Below are positions 24,201-30,106 of a stretch of 32,000 nucleotides of DNA, in pieces. Origin of the DNA: Planctomycetales bacterium (GTDB lineage: Bacteria > 4484-113 > JAFGCY01); assembly GCA_022646745.1 (NCBI GenBank), contig CP060262.1, forward strand, positions 3,930,001-3,962,000. The letters are read 5' to 3'. How positions within the stretch are numbered: position 1 is the stretch's first letter; every line of letters begins with the position of its first letter. The notes under the pieces were generated by a model. The model was given only the letters and a program-made list of their open reading frames with translations. It was not told where the DNA came from and searched no databases. A program made the translations under genes and the position numbers.

Positions 24201-26227
24201 CGAACGGTTCCAACGTCTTCGGTCCGGATGTGACCCCCGGCTTCGATTACGCTGTCGAGTACGACACCGGCGTCCGTACCCCGGGCGACGATGACGGCGG
24301 CGTGAATGGCAACGACATGGACTTCCAGTTCCCGTTCTACGGCTTCCTGCAGTGGGACGACACCCTCGGCGCCATCCCCGGCGACGTGGAGGCTGCTGAG
24401 ATCATCGATGTCAACTACAGCGGTATCGCCCTGAGCGACATCTCCGCTGACTGGACCAAGTTCTCCGCCCCCTACGGTGGTGTGTTTGATCCTTCCGCCC
24501 TCGGCCTTGGCCGCGCAGCCGCGTGGTTCCTGACCGAGACCGACACCTTCGGTAACATCAACACCGCCAGCTACGGCGATGCCTTCGGCCCGAACCTGGT
24601 GTTCAACAACGACACCGACCTGGTTGCCACCGAGGCGATCGCGCACTGGGCACAGGGCACGATGTACGGTGGCTCCCCGGCGTACCTCGCCTGGGCGATG
24701 TATCCCGGCCACAAGTCCGTCCAGTACGACAACTCCGACACCCCCGTGGGTTACTACGGTGAGGGTGGCATCCAGTGGTACGAGTTCATCGAGGACCACG
24801 ACATCCAGGTCGGACGTGACCTGTATGCCTACCTGCGCAGCGACTACTCCTTCACCACCCCCGGTGAGGGCCGCACCGTGGACTTTGACTACGCAGTGGT
24901 CAAGGGCTGGGATGGCGACCTGAACCGTAACGGCGTGATCAGCGAGGCCGCTGACAAGTTCCCGGTCCGTGTCCGCTTCTTCACCGATGTGGATGCCTAC
25001 GATGATTACTTCGATGACCTGAACGGCTACCCGAACTTCTGGCCTGATGGCGACTCCTTCATCGAGGGTGGTTGCTACATGGTGGACGAGGGCGACCCGA
25101 ACTATCCGGTTGCAATCTTCGATGATCCGGACCTGGATGATCCGATGGCTACCGTCACCGGTTCCGGCCCGGCCTATGATGTGACCCTGAGCTACATCAT
25201 CGCCAACGGCTTCCCGAACTACGACATGAGCCTTGACTGGAACTACGACTTCATCTCCTGGGGCAACAGCGGCAACGTGATCAATGACTATGTCAGCCAC
25301 AATGCCAACGGTGCCTGGAGTGATGTCGTCAGCGTCGACCCGACCGCTGCCGGCGGCGATGGAGACTACTTCTTCGCCCTCAGGGTCGATGACGGTGACG
25401 TGCCCTCCGCCAGCGCTAACTTCTTCTGGCCCGATGCGGTGCCGCTGAAGCCCGGCCTGAGCTATGCGATCGTCGATGACAACCTCAACGCCCTCGACGA
25501 CAGCCCGGCCCAGATGCTGGCTGCGATTGACAGCTTCCTGCCCGGCCAGACCGTGATCCCGCGCGCCAGCGTCACCGCCGGCAGCGACCTCTACGGTTAT
25601 GACCTGGTGATCTGGCTCACCGAGCATGAGTGGTATGGCCTTGGTAGCCCGGGTATCCTGGCTGCCGAGATGACGATCCTCAAGGACTACCTGAACAATG
25701 GTGGTTCCGGCGGGACCGGTGGTAACCTGATCCTCTTCATGCCCGGCGAAACCGCCTGGGAGACCTTCGACGTCGGTCTGGACATGCACATCAACTACAT
25801 GGGTGGTGGTACGTCCTTCATGAACGAGCGTCACCAGTTCGACAGTGAGTGGTACAACCAGCACATCACCAACGCCGGCCTGCAGAACGGACCCGGTGGA
25901 TCCGGCATGATGATGGTTGACCATTACAGCCAGGTCGGCCCGAACCCGGGTGTCGATCCCTGGTACACCAGCGGTTACTTCGACACTCCGGCCCTGACTG
26001 CCGGCGCCGTCCAGGCGTCCTGGCTGTTCAGCACGGACCGTTCCGACGTGACCAAGTTCGACAAGAACGGCGGCGGCACCCCTGGTGGTGTCTGCGTCTG
26101 GGTTGGCCACTACTTCAAGGGCTGCATCCCCTACTTCGGCGGTGACATCTTCACCGGTGTTGCCGGAACGCAGGGCCAGTACATGCAGAACCTGATCAAC
26201 TGGACCGATCCGACCCTGCTTCCGTAG
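21206..26227 (+). CDS. giant lipoprotein B (about 1673 aa), paralog of lipoprotein A with extra N-terminal sequence and an extra C-terminal domain of roughly 260 aa
   Basis: The track ORF is open from 20975. ATG 21206 lies 5 nt after AGGAG (21196-21200) and gives MKTHVNWCKHLGLTLVALTVVFVAASCGG, with lipobox-like AASC. An alternative in-frame ATG at 21104 follows GAGGAGG (21091-21097). Codon bias is strong. A canonical terminator follows the stop. Confidence 0.75.
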   Translation: MKTHVNWCKHLGLTLVALTVVFVAASCGGSGSNGLTSNVELGTTTSVAPGNDVRGNVSAEMTVSENEIGQLSAEQQALLSDAGWNQPYIVPKAGTPIQGPSHEMLMAQLREMAERGVEMLPRGVEGEGTKGASWLDQRGFNPGVDSGLVKGQYKPADTGANGVPDFGCNASGALMADNGQSDIEDVIFAYGGSMPAQAISWVAEGLSTINHFNSVGGGGDDAYTAVYQLFADSETANPNNQGNNDIGEIGYRADLGPYGVGYGQGSGPSGTLCDGTAYGVRNAFWMTFNEKFFALPSGQATALYNVLIAPSGDEGADQVSPMDTSANFQTFYFGNVSSCYGDAMIVGINAADSGCDMFDEASNAPWQDRTADGNSYPNILHNPIFGVILARWAGGNANSDSQFFGDGSFPSAASIVGWPVARPFAYNNGAALLNANGAYYAFGQFFEKGFMWWIDYDQNSNPTASDEAQMYVYDGNNTFCEGEYSKVEPDVFYGGSGDLGVGVTVDGVRYGAGDWSAPQLSDDGTYYQIGMLLDENTGISSVTIAASAHGFGGVTADGLDIEHPEWGACLYKHSTWSWRDGTVTAAGTAFDPSQFARTHTYSSNAIKTNVEGVYTIRNQVVDADDNIAYGDSLPMHLGHGGAGGGGGDTEVWVIRNDGGDFQLNLDALTGDLDALGVGYSVVDYSATVADDFAANPNAKVAIWYRGGPGGAGESATYTTAWTSGEMDNYIQLMSDGFGVMLMSQNHGYDGDLFFTNGWSGIYGYATLPASVPDADRRMPWASSLCTDDGIGFGGSLGFIPTAPSNFIGNPSGANFGADGTNAAERYTGSGSSGELPISFGMATGRQYCGIGYYSSFFAGSCAGPAFRAGIGHQPNALGFDLGFLSWGNSQAPDANIGFFPSYSHSFGTGKVWNVGYSWAGTSVTASASGTMDRADLLNNILGWLDDSLTFGGGGGGGAGFEEYDGPPEIVCVTPIAWDKVNGAVTQGTAGVGGQNYPDPNGSNVFGPDVTPGFDYAVEYDTGVRTPGDDDGGVNGNDMDFQFPFYGFLQWDDTLGAIPGDVEAAEIIDVNYSGIALSDISADWTKFSAPYGGVFDPSALGLGRAAAWFLTETDTFGNINTASYGDAFGPNLVFNNDTDLVATEAIAHWAQGTMYGGSPAYLAWAMYPGHKSVQYDNSDTPVGYYGEGGIQWYEFIEDHDIQVGRDLYAYLRSDYSFTTPGEGRTVDFDYAVVKGWDGDLNRNGVISEAADKFPVRVRFFTDVDAYDDYFDDLNGYPNFWPDGDSFIEGGCYMVDEGDPNYPVAIFDDPDLDDPMATVTGSGPAYDVTLSYIIANGFPNYDMSLDWNYDFISWGNSGNVINDYVSHNANGAWSDVVSVDPTAAGGDGDYFFALRVDDGDVPSASANFFWPDAVPLKPGLSYAIVDDNLNALDDSPAQMLAAIDSFLPGQTVIPRASVTAGSDLYGYDLVIWLTEHEWYGLGSPGILAAEMTILKDYLNNGGSGGTGGNLILFMPGETAWETFDVGLDMHINYMGGGTSFMNERHQFDSEWYNQHITNAGLQNGPGGSGMMMVDHYSQVGPNPGVDPWYTSGYFDTPALTAGAVQASWLFSTDRSDVTKFDKNGGGTPGGVCVWVGHYFKGCIPYFGGDIFTGVAGTQGQYMQNLINWTDPTLLP

Positions 26228-26259
26228 TCACGAGCCTGATCAACTGAACTGATCAAACT

Positions 26260-26295
26260 GCCCCGGGGCCCTGTGCCCCGGGGTTTCCTTTTTTC
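26260..26295 (+). terminator. rho-independent terminator of lipoprotein B
   Basis: Stem ccccgggg (26261-26268), loop ccctgtg, stem ccccgggg (26276-26283), then tttccttttttc. Confidence 0.8.
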
Positions 26296-26414
26296 TACAC
26301 GTATAAGCTCCTTGCGTTGCCCAGTGCAGAAGGGCCAACTTCTCTAGTCCCAGACTGGTCTCAGCTCAGTTGGCAAACCTCAGACCCTCCTGAAACTTCT
26401 CGGAATTCTACTAA

Positions 26415-26432
26415 TTTTCGAATTTTTTCGAA
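26415..26432. repeat. direct repeat TTTTCGAA-tt-TTTTCGAA (10-bp period; each copy contains the palindromic TTCGAA) upstream of the BsuPI-like gene
   Basis: Copies at 26415-26422 and 26425-26432, in an AT-rich patch about 100 nt upstream of ATG 26532. Confidence 0.3.
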
Positions 26433-26531
26433 ATATCTGTTTAGAACCTCCCGGGGGCGGGAATTACAGACGGTTTGGAAAAGGAAGCAGGAACTTCCCC
26501 GAACTGAATAATCTAATCTGAGGTGACTGAC

Positions 26532-27176
26532 ATGGAAGCTAAGAAGAACATCAACGGAAACGACAACAAGCAGAACAGTGGCGTGATCATCGTGATCCGC
26601 AACCTGATGGCCCTGGTGGTCATGCTGGCCCTGGGCCTCCTGGCCTCCTGCGGTGGCGGCAGCTCAGCGATGGCTGAGCTGGATGCCCCGGCGGATGACG
26701 CCAAGGCGGTGGACTACACGATGGCCCCCTCATTGGATGAGGTGGTCGCGGACCGCGAGGCCAGCTCCAGCTGGTACGTCGCCACCAGCGATGCGGCCTA
26801 CATCGACGGCATCGACTACCTCTACCAGCTGCTGACGGACGGCAACGGCAAGTACCAGTTCGTGATGAAGGTCACCAACAACTCCAGCCAGGCCCGCCAC
26901 ATCACCTACAACAGCACCAAGCGCGCCGACTTCTCGATCGTGAAGAACGGCCAGGAGCTGTACCGCTGGAGCGAGGGCCGCTTCTTCGGGTTCGTCTTCG
27001 AGACCCGCACGCTGAGCCCGTACCAGACCTTCGAGTACAAGGCTGACTGGAACGGACGTGACCGCCACGGCAACCCGATCAGCGGCAACGTGATGGCCAA
27101 CGGCTTCCACACAAGCGTCAGCAACCCGGCCAGCCTCGGTCAGGTGGCCTACCTGAACGGCAAGGTCAGCAACTAG
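26532..27176 (+). CDS. lipoprotein with BsuPI-like (intracellular proteinase inhibitor, Ig-like fold) domain
   Basis: The track ORF starts at GTG 26523. ATG 26532 lies 8 nt after GAGG. Lipobox: LGLLASCGGG. YQFVMKVTNNSSQARHITYNSTKRADFSIVKNGQELYRWSEGRFFGFVFETRTLSPYQTFEYKADW parallels B. subtilis Ipi, recalled from memory as [65 protein letters not shown]. Confidence 0.6.
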   Translation: MEAKKNINGNDNKQNSGVIIVIRNLMALVVMLALGLLASCGGGSSAMAELDAPADDAKAVDYTMAPSLDEVVADREASSSWYVATSDAAYIDGIDYLYQLLTDGNGKYQFVMKVTNNSSQARHITYNSTKRADFSIVKNGQELYRWSEGRFFGFVFETRTLSPYQTFEYKADWNGRDRHGNPISGNVMANGFHTSVSNPASLGQVAYLNGKVSN

Positions 27177-27199
27177 CCCCGGCCTCCCCCTCGGAAACA

Positions 27200-27226
27200 A
27201 AAGCCCCGCCACGGCGGGGCTTTTTG
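27200..27226. terminator. bidirectional rho-independent terminator between convergent genes
   Basis: aaaa gccccgcc ac ggcggggc ttttt. The GC stem is flanked by an A-run on the left and a T-run on the right. It lies between stop 27176 (+) and stop 27248 (-). Confidence 0.8.
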
Positions 27227-27247
27227 TATTTCTGGATCTGCTTGCTG

Positions 27248-27853
27248 CTACTCAGCGACAGCTGGCTGCAGGTTGAAATGTTCCTTGTCCTGCAGCATCC
27301 GCACACCCGGCGGCCGGTGGAAGTACCGGCGCTGGAAGAAGGCGATGCTTCCGTCAGGATTCACACCGACAACGCTGCGCTCCTGCAGCACGGTCCCGCC
27401 ATCCTTCGAAGCGCAGCCGTACTGCTCAGAGATCTTCAGCCCGGGATCGTACAGGACGGGAACAGTAATCCCCTCTTCCTGCATGAACTGCCTGGTTTCA
27501 GCCTTGTCGGCTGGATTGATGGCGAAAATCCTGATCCCGAGACCTTCCTTGTCCAGGTCATCCTGCAGCTTCCCCAGCTGCCTGAGCTGGTTTGCACTGT
27601 TGGGCGTATTGTTCGCCGGATAGAAGAACAACACCACCGGACCGGCCTGCAATGCTTCCGAGAGTTCAAATGCAGCTCCATCCTGGTCAGTGGTCGAAAT
27701 GGCCGGAGCCTTCTGGCCAGCTTCAGGATGGACGTAACCTTCCTTCTCCAGCTTCGCTTCATTGACGGCGATCTGGTGCTTGTAGTCCGGCATCATGCAG
27801 CTGCTGAGCATGCCCAGGGCCGCCAGCAACACTATTAATAACAGGCTTTTCAT
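27248..27853 (-). CDS. peroxiredoxin-fold (AhpC/TSA, BCP-like) lipoprotein lacking the peroxidatic cysteine
   Basis: The track ORF starts at 27895. ATG 27853 gives MKSLLLIVLLAALGMLSSC, a lipobox. VVLFFYPANNTPNSANQL aligns with the canonical VLxFYPxxxTPGCTxE, but Cys is replaced by Ser (codon AGT). The conserved Arg context (ERSVVGVNPDG) is present. Confidence 0.65.
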   Translation of the reverse strand: MKSLLLIVLLAALGMLSSCMMPDYKHQIAVNEAKLEKEGYVHPEAGQKAPAISTTDQDGAAFELSEALQAGPVVLFFYPANNTPNSANQLRQLGKLQDDLDKEGLGIRIFAINPADKAETRQFMQEEGITVPVLYDPGLKISEQYGCASKDGGTVLQERSVVGVNPDGSIAFFQRRYFHRPPGVRMLQDKEHFNLQPAVAE

Positions 27854-27950
27854 GAAGGCAAAGTATAACAGACCAGACCATCCCACCTGGCTCAAACGGT
27901 TTTCCCACTGTTATCCACACATGCGACCGGATTGAGCATTTCCATGACAG

Positions 27951-27967
27951 AATGTGGTTTCCACATT
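27951..27967. promoter_or_regulatory. 17-bp perfect palindrome AATGTGG-TTT-CCACATT in the divergent prx-like / nrtR intergenic region; candidate operator
   Basis: Arms 27951-27957 and 27961-27967 are exact reverse complements. The palindrome lies about 15 nt upstream of a perfect TATAAT (27982-27987). Confidence 0.3.
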
Positions 27968-28002
27968 GCAATTTATTTAGCTATAATCTAACTGGGGTAC
28001 AT

Positions 28003-28017
28003 TTAACTGTCGGTTAA
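28003..28017. promoter_or_regulatory. inverted repeat TTAAC-TGTCG-GTTAA between TATAAT (27982-27987) and the nrtR start; candidate autoregulatory operator
   Basis: 5-bp arms with a 5-nt spacer, read directly from the sequence. The position downstream of a -10-like hexamer is typical of repressor operators. Confidence 0.25.
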
Positions 28018-28035
28018 CTCAATCGACAATTATGT

Positions 28036-28752
28036 GTGCACCAGATGACACACCAGGTGGGTCAACTGGACTACACGGGGCAAGTTACAGGCGGAATCGG
28101 GATTTCGGTGGTGATCATCCTGCTCACCATCCGTGATGATGCGCTCAAGACCCTGCTGGTCCGGTCGGACGGCGGAACTTGGCGCCTGCCCTCCGGTTCA
28201 CCGGGAGTTGCGGAGCCGCTCAGGCGGGCGGCTGAACGAGTTGTGCGGGAGTTTGCCACGATCAGCGTGGATTACCTCGAACAGCTCTATACCTTCGGGA
28301 ACCGCATCCCCGATGGACAGCAGAGGGTGATCGAGATCGCCTACTACGGTCTGGTTCCTCCTGACCTGATTCCCGGTGTGGAGCAGCATGCGGCCGGCCA
28401 CCTTGCCTGGTTCTCTGAAGAGGACGAACCGGACTTGCAGGGTGAGCATGGCCTGATCGTGCGTGTTGCGCGCAACAGGCTGCAGGGCAAGCTGGCCTAT
28501 ACCGCGGTCGGCTTTGAGCTGCTGCCTGAGCTGTTCACGATGGCTGAACTGCAGAGGCTGTACGAAATCATCCTCGGCAGGGAGCTGGACAAGAGGAACT
28601 TCCGCAAGAAGATCCTCGACCTTGGCATCGTTGAGGACACGGGTGAGTTCCGTGCCGCAGAACACCAGCGCGGGAGACCGGCGGCGCTTTACCGCTTCCA
28701 GTCCCAGGTGTTCCGCAACCTCGAGGCCAAGCGGGATATCCTTGCGTTTTAA
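28036..28752 (+). CDS. nrtR: NrtR-family transcriptional regulator (degenerate Nudix domain plus C-terminal winged helix)
   Basis: LPSGSPGVAEPLRRAAERVVREFATI is a degenerate Nudix box: G-x5-E-x7-R is kept but the REUxEE glutamates are partly lost. The C-terminus, FTMAELQRLYEIILGRELDKRNFRKKILDLGIVEDTGE...RGRPAALYRF, matches the NrtR wHTH signature. The start is uncertain (GTG 28036 or ATG 28045). Confidence 0.75.
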   Translation: MHQMTHQVGQLDYTGQVTGGIGISVVIILLTIRDDALKTLLVRSDGGTWRLPSGSPGVAEPLRRAAERVVREFATISVDYLEQLYTFGNRIPDGQQRVIEIAYYGLVPPDLIPGVEQHAAGHLAWFSEEDEPDLQGEHGLIVRVARNRLQGKLAYTAVGFELLPELFTMAELQRLYEIILGRELDKRNFRKKILDLGIVEDTGEFRAAEHQRGRPAALYRFQSQVFRNLEAKRDILAF

Positions 28753-28762
28753 GGAGCGACGG

Positions 28763-30058
28763 ATGTACGAACAGGATGTCAAACTCGCCAGGATGCTGGT
28801 GGAGAAGATCAAGGCCCTGCGGTCTGAGGAGGACTCAGTCAAGCATGACCTTGACCAGGCCCGCCAGGAGCTCTCGAGGGTTGAGCAGATCCGTGAGGAA
28901 CGCGATGCCTACCTGGCGATCCTCTCTGAGGCCGCTGACCTGCTGGACAGCAAGGACCTCGTGGTGGACAACCCGGACACCACTGAGCAGAAGGAACAGG
29001 TTGACAACCTGGAATTCAAGCTCGAGGAGCTTGATGAGGAATCGCAGAAGTACAGCCGCCTGATCGACGCCCTGCGCGAGAAGGCCCCGCAACTGTTTGA
29101 GTCCGTCAATGAGGACGATCCGGATGCCGCCCCCGAGCTGAGTGAGGAAGCCCGCGAGGCCAGCAGCGAGGAGACGGTTGCCAGCGCGGAAGTCGCTGAT
29201 GCCGTCGCCGAGCCGGTTGAGCAGGATGAGGATGAAGAGGAAGCCGGGGAGGAAGTGGCAGAGGCCGGTGAGGCTCCGGCCGAAGAGTCAGCCCCCGAGG
29301 AGGAGCCTGCCGTCGAGGTGAACGCAGGTGAGGACCAGTCCGAAGACCAGCAGGAAGAGGATGATGATGAAAGTGCTGAAGATGAGCAGCCCGAGCCCGA
29401 GACGCTTGAGGTGCACGTCAGCAGCAACGGCCATGCCGGTGATGCCGAGCATGTGAATGGCAACGGCGCGCACGAAGCCGTTGCCATCGACGAGGACGAC
29501 TCCGCCGACATGCCTGCCGCGGCTGCCGAGGCTGAGGACCAGCCGGCCCCGGGTGAGGCCACCCAGGTAGAAGCCACCGTCGTCAAGGTGGCGGTTGAGA
29601 GTCCCGAACGCACGCTGAGTCGCTTCAACCTGGACCACCTGAAGAAGAAGGAAGCCTTCACATTCGGCCGTGGTGCCGCATACATCGTCGACGGGGACAG
29701 CGTGCTTGATCGCCTGCCCTACTACGATTACAGCCTGCGTGGCGTGCTGGAAGCGCAGACCCGTGATGAGCTGGCGCGTGACATCGACGTGCTGTCAACC
29801 GAGCTGCACGGCAAGTTCCACATCGTCTACAGTTCACAGTACAACCCGAGCATCCAGCTCGGCGAGCATGTCAGCCTGAGTTGTGCGAATGGCGAGGGAG
29901 GCAAGGAAGCAGCGGATGATCACATTCGTGAGTTGGTCAGTGAACTGATCGCCAAGCACACCTGTGTCTGCGTGATCACTGGCGACGTGGCCCTTGCTGA
30001 CAGCGTCCGCGGCCAGAGCATCCACATCCTGCAGCTGCACGATTTCTTCCGCGCCTGA
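28763..30058 (+). CDS. coiled-coil / polyacidic protein with C-terminal NYN (YacP/Rae1-like PIN-type) domain
   Basis: The track ORF is open from 28463 but overlaps nrtR out of frame. ATG 28763 lies 6 nt after AAGGAG (28751-28756). N-terminal heptad-like region (MYEQDVKLARMLVEKIKALRSEEDSVKHDLDQARQELSRVEQIREERD). A D/E/A-rich tract of roughly 150 aa follows. The C-terminus, AAYIVDGDSVL...ARD...GKFHIVYSS...EAADDHIRELV...VCVITGDVALADS, is colinear with YacP as I recall it: LLVDGYN...ARD...VIVVFDA...ADERIE...HVATSD. Confidence 0.45.
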   Translation: MYEQDVKLARMLVEKIKALRSEEDSVKHDLDQARQELSRVEQIREERDAYLAILSEAADLLDSKDLVVDNPDTTEQKEQVDNLEFKLEELDEESQKYSRLIDALREKAPQLFESVNEDDPDAAPELSEEAREASSEETVASAEVADAVAEPVEQDEDEEEAGEEVAEAGEAPAEESAPEEEPAVEVNAGEDQSEDQQEEDDDESAEDEQPEPETLEVHVSSNGHAGDAEHVNGNGAHEAVAIDEDDSADMPAAAAEAEDQPAPGEATQVEATVVKVAVESPERTLSRFNLDHLKKKEAFTFGRGAAYIVDGDSVLDRLPYYDYSLRGVLEAQTRDELARDIDVLSTELHGKFHIVYSSQYNPSIQLGEHVSLSCANGEGGKEAADDHIRELVSELIAKHTCVCVITGDVALADSVRGQSIHILQLHDFFRA

Positions 30059-30106
30059 TCAAAGAACGAACCCGTCCCGATCCTGCGCCTGCACTATAAT
30101 CAGTGC

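Noticed and set aside
21443-26110. Very long antisense ORFs (22934..26110, 1058 aa; 21443..22924, 493 aa) opposite lipoprotein B
   Set aside because: Their products are V/A/G/H/D/T/R-rich with no domain-like structure, typical of shadow frames generated by strong GC3 codon bias in the sense gene. The sense frame has the lipoprotein signal, the SD, the terminator and a clear paralog.
28463-28762. First 100 codons of the 531-aa track ORF, overlapping nrtR
   Set aside because: It is out of frame with, and fully inside, the well-supported nrtR gene. The product is Ser/Arg/Cys-rich junk. A strong AAGGAG-ATG at 28763 gives a sensible coiled-coil N-terminus.
28909-29685. 258-aa antisense ORF, Ser/Ala-rich, opposite the polyacidic tract
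   Set aside because: It is the mirror image of GAG/GAA/GCC-rich sense codons (giving Ser/Leu/Ala). It has no start context and lies entirely within a supported gene.
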